Below the pieces are notes generated by a model. That model ran no database searches. It was not told the origin of the DNA and saw only the letters and a list, made by a program, of their open reading frames with translations. A stretch of 64,000 nucleotides of DNA from Treponemataceae bacterium (GTDB lineage: Bacteria > Spirochaetota > Spirochaetia > Treponematales > Rectinemataceae): contig CAXXHO010000003.1 in assembly GCA_963667725.2 (NCBI GenBank), positions 1,984,001-2,048,000 on the forward strand, given 5' to 3'. This document shows positions 28,214 to 38,000 of this stretch, in pieces; positions within the stretch are counted from its first letter, which is position 1; each line of letters opens with the position of its first letter. Made by a program: the position numbers and the translations under genes.

Positions 28214-29614
28214 ACTCGGCCTTGGCTGCGGTGAGGATTTCCGGCTCGGTGACGAGCCCGAAGCCCGCGAGCGCCATGCAGGAGCCCGCCCAGCGCATGG
28301 CCTTGAAGGCCCATGTAGAACCGGAGGCCGCGCAGGACTGCCAGGTGTGGGCGCCGATGCCGAGAGGCCAGGTGGCCGCGTTCATCTGCCCCACCGGGAC
28401 GACATAGGACACGTCGCCCGTATCGAGAGAACCGCCTATCCTTTTCCCTTCACCAAAATCGCCCAACGTTCTGTGGATGGGCGATTTCAGTAAATCGAGC
28501 GGGGCGCCGATCGGCGCGAGGGTCGCTTTCCTGTCGTCTTTTCCACGGTCGCCTGGAGGCTTTTCGCGAAGGCGAGTTCCTCGGGCGTAGGCACGGGCAG
28601 GGGCAGGCTACCCATCGCCCTGTACAGAAGATCCTGGATGGCGTAGTTCGGCCTGTAATCGCACTTTCCGGCTTTTATCTCCGACGTGAAACTCGTCTCC
28701 GTCATGAGGGCCGCGCCCTGCGCCGCCTTCATTATGCGCTTCATGACGAGGGGAACGATATCGGCCGTCGGGGCGCGAACATAGAGAAAGGTCGCGGCGT
28801 GCGCCGGCACGATGTTGGGCCTGTCGCCGCCGTCGCTGATCACGTAGTGCAGAAGGATGCCGGGGCTGAGATGCTCGCGCATGAATTCGAGCGAAAAATT
28901 GAAGAGCTGGACGGCGTCGAGGGCCGATCTTCCCGCCTGAGGCGCCATGCCGGCGTGGCTCGCCCTGCCTTTGAAGGAAAAGACGAGGCTCAGGTTGGCG
29001 CTCGAGGTATAGCGGTGCGGCGTGTTCACGTCGGCGCCGTGCCAGGTCATGATGGCGTCGGCGTCGCTGAAGCGGCCGGCCTTCACCATGGGAATGCGCC
29101 CGAGCGATTCCTCGGCCGGGCAGCCGTAATATCTGACTCTTCCGGGGATGCCCCGCGCTTCGAGAATGTGGGCGAGGGTCTCGGCGGCGGCGAGAGAGCC
29201 AGCTCCGAGAAGATTGTGCCCGCAGGCGTGCCCCGGGGCTCCCTCGTTCGCGGGCTTTTTTTCGATGCCGCAGACCTGGGACATGCCAGGCAGCGCGTCA
29301 TATTCGCCCATGAAGGCGATGATGGGTCCCCCCGAACCGCGTTCGGCGACGAAGGAATGCTTCATCTCGGGGTACTCGGTCACCGAGAAGCCTTTGGAGG
29401 CGAGGCGCTTTTCATAGATGGCCGAAGAGCGCTCCTCGTGGAAGGCGACTTCGGGATGTTCCCAGATGTCGCGCGAGATCGCGTCGTATTCGGCGCCGTG
29501 GCGCGCGACGAATTCGGCTATTTCCGCGGCCGCGGACATTGTTGCGGACGGGACCGCGGCCAAGGCCGGCGCCGCGATCGTTTGAGCGTTCTGGAGAGCA
29601 TTGATCTTCTTCAT
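28170..29614 (-). pseudogene. AbgB-like M20 amidohydrolase split by a single-base frameshift (pseudogene or sequencing error)
   Basis: N-part 28487-29614 has IWEHPE, GEYDALPG, GHACGHNLLG, GCPAEE, GRSALDA. C-part in another frame has GGSLDTGDVSYVVP...AHTWQ. Adding one A near 28540 joins them. Confidence 0.85.
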
Positions 29615-29639
29615 CGTACAACCTTTGGGTATCGAGAGT

Positions 29640-30470
29640 TCAGAGACCGGCCTTAGCCTTCACGCGACTGCGTCCATCCTTGGCGAACTGGAAACCCGCG
29701 TTGAGTTCCAGTGCCTTTCCGTAGATTTCATAGGCGCGTTTGTACTGGCCAAGTATTTCCTTCACGGCGCCCAGCCTGTACCACCAGTAGTACATGTTCT
29801 TTTCCATCGTGACGGCTGTTGAAAAGGCTATGTCGGCGTGTTCGTACTTCTTGAGCCTCATGTAGCATTCGCCCACGTAATAATAGGCGCTGGACATTCT
29901 TTCCTCGCGCTCGGGGGCCCGCGCGAAATAATCCGCGAAATATTGAAGCGCTTCCTCGTTGCGGTCGAGGAAGTAGAGCGATTCGGCCAAAGTCTCCATA
30001 ATCCTGAAATCCTGGACGGTCTGGAGCGCCTTCTGGCCTATGGTCACGACTTCCTTGTGGCGATCCAAGCGAAAAAGGTTCCAGCACTGGAGGCTGATAA
30101 AGTCAGGGTTGGCGGAGTCTGAGGGAAGGAGTTTCTCGATCATAGCGAGCGAGGAGGAGAAAACCTTGTCCGCTTCGGCTTCCCTGCCGGCCATCTGGAG
30201 CTGGCGTCCTCGCTGATAAAGTTGGGTCGCCGTCTGGTAGGAGGAGCCAGAGGGCGCCGGCTTCGGCGCGGCTGCTGGGTTTGGCGCCGCCGCTGGAGCC
30301 ACCGGCTTCGGCGCTGCCGTGATTGTGGTCGTAGTCGCGCTCGTGACGTTCGCTTCGGGCACTTCCTGCCTGCCTTGGCCATAGGAGGCGGTGACGGCCG
30401 CGAAGGCCAGGACCAGGCAGACCAGCGTGGATTTAGGCGGCAATGCGCGCCGCCGCCTTCGAGTAACCAT
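29640..30470 (-). CDS. Exported tetratricopeptide repeat protein
   Basis: Arg-rich N-terminus plus hydrophobic signal, Ala/Pro linker, TPR motifs (AYYYVGECY, WWYRLGAVKE..G.Y..A...Y.KALELN). Confidence 0.88.
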   Translation of the reverse strand: MVTRRRRRALPPKSTLVCLVLAFAAVTASYGQGRQEVPEANVTSATTTTITAAPKPVAPAAAPNPAAAPKPAPSGSSYQTATQLYQRGRQLQMAGREAEADKVFSSSLAMIEKLLPSDSANPDFISLQCWNLFRLDRHKEVVTIGQKALQTVQDFRIMETLAESLYFLDRNEEALQYFADYFARAPEREERMSSAYYYVGECYMRLKKYEHADIAFSTAVTMEKNMYYWWYRLGAVKEILGQYKRAYEIYGKALELNAGFQFAKDGRSRVKAKAGL

Positions 30471-30529
30471 TATTGCAAAACCTCATTGATTGCCGCGGCA
30501 GCTCGCCGCCGCGCTCTTTTCCCAATCAT
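30470..30529 (-). CDS. Putative 19-aa mini-ORF MIGKRARRRAAAAINEVLQ
   Basis: ATG overlaps the upstream mini-ORF TGA (ATGA); TAA overlaps the TPR ATG (TAATG); GAGGT SD-like motif 6 nt upstream. Confidence 0.5.
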   Translation of the reverse strand: MIGKRARRRAAAAINEVLQ

Positions 30530-30579
30530 TGTAGTACCTCGTTAATAGCCGCAGCTCGCCGCCGCCTTCGAGTTGCCAT
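30526..30579 (-). CDS. Putative 17-aa mini-ORF MATRRRRRAAAINEVLQ
   Basis: ATG overlaps the nfnB TAA (TAATG); TGA overlaps the next ATG. Confidence 0.5.
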   Translation of the reverse strand: MATRRRRRAAAINEVLQ

Positions 30580-32060
30580 TATTGTAAAACTTCATTTATT
30601 GCGGCGGCGGCGCGTCTCCCCTCGCCCATGGCGAGAATGACGGTGGCCGCCCCAAGCACGATGTCGCCGCCCGCGTAGACGCGGTCGATGCTCGTCTTCT
30701 GTTTTTCGTCGACGAGGATATGGCCCCGCCTATCCACCTTGAGTTCGGGCGTCGTCCTGGATATGAGGGGGTTGGATTCGTTGCCCACGGCCACGATCAC
30801 GGTGTCGAAGGGAACGACCGTCTCGCTTCCGCGTATGGCCACGGGGCTGCGCCTTCCCGATGCATCAGCCTCGCCTAGTTCGAAGGCCGTCACTTCCAGG
30901 CCGATGACCCTTCCGTTCTGGTCGCCGAGGACCCTCGCCGGGCTGCGCAGGAAATCGAAGATGATGCCCTCTTCCATGGCGTGGATCACTTCCTCGCCTC
31001 TGGCCGGCATTTCTTCCCTCGTCCGGCGGTAGAGGATATGGACTTCCTCGGCGCCCAGCCTCATGGCCATGCGCGCCGAGTCCATGGCGACGTTGCCGCC
31101 GCCGAGGACGGCCACCCTCCTTGAAGGATAGAGAGGCGTCGCGGCTTCTCCTTTCCTGTAGGCTTTCATGAGGTTGGTCCGGGTGAGGTATTCGTTGGCG
31201 CTGAAGACGCCGACGAGGTTTTCGCCGGGTATGTCCATGAATTTGGGCAGGCCCGCGCCGGTGCCGATGAAGGCGGCGCTGAAGCCGTCCTCCGTGAGGA
31301 GGGCCGAGAGTTTGCGGGTCCGGCCGACGAGGTAGCTCATCTCGAAGCTCACGCCCATGGATTCGAGGACGCCCGCCTCCGAGGCGACGAGAGCCTTGGG
31401 CAGCCTGAATTCCGGAATTCCGTACACCATGACGCCGCCGGCCTTGTGGAAGGCTTCGAAGACGACGACCTCGTGTCCCTGTCTTCTCACGTCCACGGCG
31501 CAGGTGAGTCCGGCGGGGCCGGCGCCCACGATGGCCACTTTCTTGCCGGTCGAGGCAGCGGCGGGAGGCGGCGCGAGGAGGCCTGAGTTCCGCTCGTAAT
31601 CGGCCACGAATCGTTCGATCCTGCCGATCTGGACGCCTTTTTCGACGCTCTTGAGCGCCTTGCCGAGAGTACAGGGCAGCTGGCACTGCTTTTCCTGGGG
31701 ACAGACTCTTCCGCAGATCGAGGGCAGGAGGTTCGTGCGCTTGATCACCGAAGCCGCTCCAGCGAAGTCCCCTTCCCTGACCTTCCCTATGAATCCGGGA
31801 ATGTCGACGCGGACGGGGCAGCCGGCGACGCAGGGCGCGTTCTTGCACTGGAGGCAGCGTTCCGCCTCCACCATGGCCTGATCAGGCGAATAGCCCGTGG
31901 CCACCTCGTCCATGTTGCTCCGACGCAGGTCCGGGTTCTGGTTGGGCATCTCCTGCACGGGAATCGCCATCCTGTCCCTGGGCGTCAGCGTCATCGATCG
32001 GATCCTGTCGAGTTCGAGTCTCGCGTTATTCTCGTTGTATATGGTGTCCATGTGGCTCAT
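30579..32060 (-). CDS. nfnB: NADH-dependent reduced ferredoxin:NADP+ oxidoreductase large subunit (often annotated as homotetrameric glutamate synthase gltA)
   Basis: EAERCLQCKNAPCVAGCPV, CGRVCPQEKQC, GAGPAG, YGIPEFRLPK, GGGNVAMD, GGDIVLGAATVILAMGEGR. Start MSHMDT overlaps the nfnA stop. Confidence 0.85.
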   Translation of the reverse strand: MSHMDTIYNENNARLELDRIRSMTLTPRDRMAIPVQEMPNQNPDLRRSNMDEVATGYSPDQAMVEAERCLQCKNAPCVAGCPVRVDIPGFIGKVREGDFAGAASVIKRTNLLPSICGRVCPQEKQCQLPCTLGKALKSVEKGVQIGRIERFVADYERNSGLLAPPPAAASTGKKVAIVGAGPAGLTCAVDVRRQGHEVVVFEAFHKAGGVMVYGIPEFRLPKALVASEAGVLESMGVSFEMSYLVGRTRKLSALLTEDGFSAAFIGTGAGLPKFMDIPGENLVGVFSANEYLTRTNLMKAYRKGEAATPLYPSRRVAVLGGGNVAMDSARMAMRLGAEEVHILYRRTREEMPARGEEVIHAMEEGIIFDFLRSPARVLGDQNGRVIGLEVTAFELGEADASGRRSPVAIRGSETVVPFDTVIVAVGNESNPLISRTTPELKVDRRGHILVDEKQKTSIDRVYAGGDIVLGAATVILAMGEGRRAAAAINEVLQ

Positions 32061-32956
32061 TTCGCGGCCTTCCCTGCAGTCCCCGCCGCGCCGGTGTTTT
32101 TCGCTTCGAGGTTTTCTATCGACATTTCCAGGTGGCATCGGTCGTGATCCGCCTGCTCGAGGCTTTTGTAGGCGCCCAGCCTCGTCATCATCTGCGCCCA
32201 GTCCACCTCGTGCGCGTCGAATTCGGGGCCGTCGACGCAGACGAATTTCGTCTGCCCGCCCACCGATACCCTGCATCCGCCGCACATGCCCGTGCCGTCG
32301 ATCATTATTGTGTTGAGGGAAGCGAGGGTTTTAATGCCGAAGGGTTTGGTCGTCGCGGCGCAGAATTTCATCATGACGGGCGGTCCCACCGTCACGACGA
32401 TGTCGGGCGGAGGTGTCCGGCCGCAGAGTTCGCCGAGCGGTTCGGTGACGAGGGCTTTTCTTCCCGCCGTCCCGTCGTCCGTGACGACGATATTCTCGTC
32501 GGCCAGCGCGTTCATCTCGTCCTGCATGATGAGAAGCTCGGCGGTGCGGGCTCCCGAAATAACCGTGACCCTGTTGCCAGCGGCTTTCAGCGCCTTGACG
32601 ATGGGGTGCAGGGGGGCGAGGCCTATGCCGCCTCCCACGCAGACCGCCCAGCCAAATTTTTCTATATGAGTGGGATTGCCCAGAGGGCCGAGAAGGACGA
32701 CGCCGTCGCCCGGTTCCTTGAGCGCGAGCTTGTGCGTGCTCGCGCCGACGGTCTGAAAAATTATCGTCACGGATCCGGCTTCCGGATTCGCGTCGGCTAT
32801 CGTGAGGGGTATCCGTTCGGCGTAGTTCTCGTCGCACTGGACGATGACGAACTGGCCGGCTTTGCGCTCCCTGGCCACGAGGGGCGCCTCTATTTCCATC
32901 CTGTATACTTCATCGGAAAGCTTTCGTTTGGAGAGTATTTTGTGTTCACCGTGCAT
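32057..32956 (-). CDS. nfnA: NfnA-type FAD/2Fe-2S small subunit (sulfide/dihydroorotate dehydrogenase-like)
   Basis: AGQFVIV, ERIPLTIAD, GPLGNP, GGGIG, SLNTIMIDGTGMCGGCRV, VCVDGPEF motifs. Confidence 0.87.
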   Translation of the reverse strand: MHGEHKILSKRKLSDEVYRMEIEAPLVARERKAGQFVIVQCDENYAERIPLTIADANPEAGSVTIIFQTVGASTHKLALKEPGDGVVLLGPLGNPTHIEKFGWAVCVGGGIGLAPLHPIVKALKAAGNRVTVISGARTAELLIMQDEMNALADENIVVTDDGTAGRKALVTEPLGELCGRTPPPDIVVTVGPPVMMKFCAATTKPFGIKTLASLNTIMIDGTGMCGGCRVSVGGQTKFVCVDGPEFDAHEVDWAQMMTRLGAYKSLEQADHDRCHLEMSIENLEAKNTGAAGTAGKAAK

Positions 32957-33048
32957 TGGCGTCCCTTTTGCGGATCGTGCCCGCGTTGACGATTATTTTC
33001 AGTATGACATTTCTTCGACGATAGTTGAAGAGGCGCCGGCGCATTTCA

Positions 33049-33855
33049 TCACGAGATGAGGGCATCCTCAGGCCAGGTGCCCTTTACCCTCGAGAGCGGA
33101 GCCACCCTGCAGCGAGCCCCCAGGATGCTTCCCGGATTCAGGACGCTATTGCATCCCACCTCGCAGGCATCGCCGAGCAGCGCGCCGAACTTTTCCAGAC
33201 CCGTATCGAGAAGGGTTGGCCTTTCCCGGGCATCGGCGCCGCCTAGGCCTATGGCTGCCTGGCCTGTGACTGCCTGCCCCTCTGCCGCTTCCTTGCCGAG
33301 AAGGGCGGCCCTCACGTGACGCTTATCCAGCCGCACGTTGGAGAGTATGACGCCCGCGCCGATATGAGCCTTTACGCCCAGGATGGAGTCGCCCACATAG
33401 TTGAAATGCGGCGCCTGCGCCCCTTCGAGCATGACGCAGCGCTTGAATTCGCAGGCATGGCCGAGCACGGCGCCGTCGGCCGCGAGCACGGTCCCGCGCA
33501 AATAGGCGCCCTGCCGTATTTCGCAGCGATCGCCGATCCAGGCCGGTCCTCTTATGTAGGCGCCCGTCTCGATGACGCAGTCGGCGCCGATGTGCACGCT
33601 GCCTTCGATGTGAACGCCCTGTTCAATGCGCGTCCGCGGGCCTATCCGGAGATCGCCCGTTATCAGCGGGTTGTCCATCGCCGAAGCTTCGCTGCCGGCG
33701 AAGGGATCCTCGGACAGAAGCATGTCGAGATAGGCATCGAGGGCGGAAAGCGCCTCCCAGGGCAGATCGAGATAGGCGAATAGCCTCGCGTGGGCGGTCG
33801 CCGACGGATCGAAGAGGGCCGGCAATCCCTCCCATCGTTTCATGATCTGGCTCAT
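33049..33855 (-). CDS. Left-handed beta-helix acyltransferase, similar to the GlmU C-terminal domain
   Basis: Hexapeptide repeats; APHFNYVGDSILG, GAGVILSN, KFGALLGD..EVGCNSVLNPG motifs. Confidence 0.85.
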   Translation of the reverse strand: MSQIMKRWEGLPALFDPSATAHARLFAYLDLPWEALSALDAYLDMLLSEDPFAGSEASAMDNPLITGDLRIGPRTRIEQGVHIEGSVHIGADCVIETGAYIRGPAWIGDRCEIRQGAYLRGTVLAADGAVLGHACEFKRCVMLEGAQAPHFNYVGDSILGVKAHIGAGVILSNVRLDKRHVRAALLGKEAAEGQAVTGQAAIGLGGADARERPTLLDTGLEKFGALLGDACEVGCNSVLNPGSILGARCRVAPLSRVKGTWPEDALIS

Positions 33856-34790
33856 CGCGGTTTCCTCCCCTCTTTTCCGTATTCGTTCCACAATGGCTCG
33901 GAGTATTCCCCGCGCCCGGTACGCTCGGCTATAGCCTTCCTGGCATCCAGAATATCATCGGGATTGGTGAGGCCGAAATACTCCTCGGTCACAGGCAGAG
34001 CCATGACCTTTGCCGCGCCTTCATCCATCATGCCGCCGATCACCGTGGGCAGGTAGAATTCGGACCGGCCCCAGTGGGCGGGATCGGAGAGAAACTCCGA
34101 AAAAAGCCGCTCGGCGGCGGAGAATACGGCGGGGGTCAGCCCCCAGAGATTCATCGATATGGGCAGTTCGGGCGAAAGAGCCTCCGCCGATCCATCGGAC
34201 TGGATGGAATAGATAGTCCCCGACCTGATCTCGACTTTGGTATGCTCCACTATTTTTTTCAGCCAGCCCTCGGCATCGATGGCGCAGATGGCCCTGGAGA
34301 CCGATCCGGAGCCCGGGACGACGTTGCCCAGCCTGTATCCCGCAAGGCAGAATCGCGTCGGAGCGCTTCCGGAAAGGAAGCCATGGACGGCCTTAAAGCC
34401 CTGTTTGCCGTAGAAGTCGTCGGCGTTTATCACGGCGAAAGGGCCGTCTTCGAGCAAAGGGCGGGCGCAGAGTAGGGCGTGGCCGGTGCCCCAGGGTTTT
34501 GTCCTTCCATTCCGGGATAAATCGGCCCCGAACTTTTCGGGAATCGCCGTATCGGGCGACTGGAAGGCCAATTCCACGGGCAGGGTCCGCGGCAGGCGCG
34601 AGAGCACATGGGTCCTAAAATCCTGTTCAATATCCTTCCTGATAAGGAAAACGACGCTGTCGAAGCCTGCCTCAAGCGCGTTGTAGACGTTATATTCAAG
34701 CAGGGTTTCTCCCGCGGAGCCGATCGCCGCCAATTGCTTCACGCCGCCGAAACGGGAACCCAGTCCCGCCGCGAGAATCGCTAATTTCAT
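33852..34790 (-). CDS. Sugar-phosphate nucleotidyltransferase family protein
   Basis: ILAAGLGSRFGGVKQ, KPWGTGHA, INADDFYG, SMNLWG, EFYLP motifs. Confidence 0.88.
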   Translation of the reverse strand: MKLAILAAGLGSRFGGVKQLAAIGSAGETLLEYNVYNALEAGFDSVVFLIRKDIEQDFRTHVLSRLPRTLPVELAFQSPDTAIPEKFGADLSRNGRTKPWGTGHALLCARPLLEDGPFAVINADDFYGKQGFKAVHGFLSGSAPTRFCLAGYRLGNVVPGSGSVSRAICAIDAEGWLKKIVEHTKVEIRSGTIYSIQSDGSAEALSPELPISMNLWGLTPAVFSAAERLFSEFLSDPAHWGRSEFYLPTVIGGMMDEGAAKVMALPVTEEYFGLTNPDDILDARKAIAERTGRGEYSEPLWNEYGKEGRKPR

Positions 34791-34896
34791 ACCTCCACTA
34801 TAGTCAGGGCGTTTCGTTGGTCAATCACCACAGCGCAGAATTTGAAAGGCTCTTCGCTCGCCGGCGACAATTTGTCAGCGAGTCCTGTACTGTCTA

Positions 34897-34925
34897 TTGA
34901 AAATTTCAGGAATTCATTGTACGCT
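34897..34925 (+). promoter_or_regulatory. Sigma70-type promoter for nifJ
   Basis: TTGAAA-17 nt-TACGCT, about 140 nt upstream of the ATG. Confidence 0.55.
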
Positions 34926-35062
34926 AATGGGGCTTTTCAGGCGGATCTCCGCATTGCAGCATCACAGTCTCCACATTCTTCTTTTTACAGCGAGCGGTGC
35001 CCACATGGGGTGCTCTTGACCCGAAAAGCCCATTAATCCCCATCCCCAAATAAGGAACTACA

Positions 35063-38000
35063 ATGGCTGATTCCAAGAACATGGTGATGATCGACGGAAA
35101 CGCCGCGGCAGCTTATGTGGCACATGCCTGCTCCGAAGTGATCGCGATCTACCCCATCACTCCATCCTCACCTATGGGAGAACTCGCCGACGAGTTTTCC
35201 GCCATGGGCAGAAAGAACCTCTGGGGGACCATACCGCAAGTCACGGAAATGCAGTCCGAAGCCGGAGCGGCCGGAGCGGTGCACGGAGCCCTGACGGCGG
35301 GAGCGCTTTCCACCACCTTCACCGCTTCGCAAGGTCTCCTCCTCATGATCCCCAACATGTACAAGATCGCCGGCGAGGCGATCTCCACCGTCTTCCATAT
35401 CGCCGCGCGCGCCGTAGCCGCTCAGGCCCTCTCCATTTTCGGAGACCACCAGGACGTCATGGCGGCCCGCCAGACGGGATGGGCCCTCCTCGCCTCCAAC
35501 AACGTCCAGGAAGTGATGGACTTCGCCCTCATCGCCCACGCCGCCACCCTCAAGACCAGGGTGCCCTTCGTCCATTTCTTTGACGGCTTCAGGACTTCCC
35601 ACGAAGTGCAGAAGGTCGAGGAACTCACCACAGCGACGATGAAGAAAATGATCTCCGAAGACCTTGTCCGCGCGCACCGCGCCCGCGGTCTCACGCCCGA
35701 GACGCCCTTCATCCGCGGCACCAGCCAGAACCCCGACGTCTACTTCGCGGGACGCGAAGCCGTCAACAAGTTCTATGACGCCACGCCTGGAATCGTCGAA
35801 GAGACCATGAAGGAATTCGAGAAACTCACCGGACGCGGCTACAAGCTCTTCGATTATGTCGGAGCGCCCGACGCCGACCGCATCGCCATCGTCATGGGTT
35901 CCGGAGCGGACACCGTCGAGGAGACCGTCAACTATCTCGTGGCCCACGGCGAGAAAGTCGGCGCGATCAAGGTGCACCTCTTCCGCCCCTTCTCCGTCGA
36001 AAGCTTCATCTCCGCGATTCCCGCCACCGTCAAGTCCATCGCCGTCCTCGACAGGACCAAGGAGCCGGGCGCCATCGGCGAACCGCTCTACGAAGACGTC
36101 CGCACGGCCATCGGCGAAGCCATGGGCGCCGGAAAATCCAACTTCAAGAGCTGGCCCACCGTCGTCGGCGGCAGATACGGCCTCGGTTCCTTCGAGTTCA
36201 CCCCGGCCATGGCCAAGGCTGTCTTCGACAACCTCAAGGCGAAAGAGCCCAAGAACCACTTCACGATCGGCATCAACGACGACGTGACCTTCACCAGCAT
36301 CGCCTATGACGAGGAATTCACCCTCGACGACGACGGCGTGAAGGAATGCCTCTTCTACGGCCTCGGTTCCGACGGCACGGTCGGCGCCAACAAGAACTCC
36401 ATCAAGATCATCGGCGACGAAACCCCGAACTCGGCCCAGGGCTACTTCTTCTACGATTCGAAGAAGGCCGGAAGCTATACGATCAGCCACCTGCGCTTCG
36501 GCCCCAAGGCTATCAAGAAGCCCTACCTGATCAACCAGGCCGGCTTTATCGCCTGCCATAAGTTCGCCTTCGTCGAGAAGCTGGACATGCTCGCCAACGC
36601 CAAGAAGGGCGGCATATTCCTCCTCAACAGCCCCTTCCCCGCCGACAAGGTCTGGGATGAGCTCCCCGTCGAGGTCCAGCAGCGCATCATAGACAAGCAG
36701 CTGCGTTTCTACGTGATCGACGGCGTGGCCATCGCCGAGGCCTCGGGCATGGGCGGCCGCATCAACACCATCATGCAGACAGCATTCTTCAAGATCTCCG
36801 GCGTATTGCCCGAGGAAGAAGCAGTCGCCATGATCAAGAAGTACACCGAGAAGACCTACCACAGAAAAGGCGCCGATATCGTCCAGAAGAACCTCGTCGC
36901 TATCGACATGGCCCTCAACGCCACGCACAAGGTTCAGGTCGGCAAGGCGAATTCGACCAAGCACATGCTCGCTCCGGTTCCCGCCTACGCCCCGAAGTTC
37001 GTCAAGGAAACCCTCGGCGAGATGATCGCCATGCGCGGCGAAAAACTCCCCGTGTCCAAGCTCCCCGACGACGGCACCTTCCCCACCGGAACGACCAAGT
37101 ACGAGAAGCGCAACATCGCCGAGAAGATTCCCGTATGGAATTCCGATATCTGCATCCAGTGCGGCAACTGCACCATGGTCTGCCCCCACGCCGTCATCAG
37201 GCTCAAGGCTTACGAGCCCAAGTACGCCGAGGGAGCTCCCGCCACCTTCAAGAGCGTCGACGCCAAGGGCAAGGAACTCGCCGGGCTCAAGGCTACCCTC
37301 CAGGTCGCTCCCGAGGACTGCACCGGCTGCGGCGCCTGCGTGAACATCTGCCCGGTCAACGACAAGGTCAATGAAGGACGCAAGGCCATCAATCTCGAGG
37401 CGCAAGCGCCCCTGCGCGAGCCCGAAGCGGCCAACTGGGACTTCTTCATGGCCATTCCCGACACGCCCGCCAAGTATCTCAACCTCGCGTTCCCCAAGGG
37501 CATCGCGATGAAGCGACCCCTCTTCGAGTTCTCGGGCGCCTGCGCGGGCTGCGGCGAAACCCCCTATCTCAAGCTTATGAGCCAGCTCTTCGGCGACCGC
37601 GCCCTCTGCGCCAACGCCACGGGCTGCTCCTCCATCTACGGCGGCAACCTCCCCACGACGCCCTACACCACCCGCCCCGACGGAAAAGGCCCGGCGTGGT
37701 CCAACAGCCTCTTCGAGGACGCGGCCGAGTTCGGCATGGGCATGAGGCTCACCACCGAAAAGAAGACCGAATACGCGCGCGAACTCCTCGCCGCGGCCAA
37801 GGGCAAGGGCGTTTCCGCCGAGCTCGCCGACAAGCTCCTCGCCAATACGATGGACAGCGACGAAGCCATCGAAGCGCAGCGCGCCTCGATTGAGGAACTC
37901 AAGGCGGCCATCGCCGGCGTCAAGGCCGAATGGGCCAAGGAACTCACCAACGTAGCGGGCGCCCTGATCAAGAAATCGCAGTGGATCATCGGCGGCGACG

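Larger units (their letters stand above)
30445..30615. repeat. Degenerate tandem triplication (~53-56 bp period) of the nfnB-end / TPR-start junction
   Basis: Three copies of GCN-ATH-AAY-GAR-GTN-YTR-CAA-stop on the minus strand, each followed by an ATG and Arg codons. Confidence 0.85.

Noticed and set aside
30445..30615. CRISPR or REP interpretation of the repeats between nfnB and the TPR gene
   Set aside because: The copies are degenerate at codon third positions, have no unique spacers or cas genes nearby, and follow the reading frame.
30579..32060. Calling this gene a true glutamate synthase
   Set aside because: No gltB large subunit is nearby and it is coupled to an NfnA-type gene, which fits NfnAB better.
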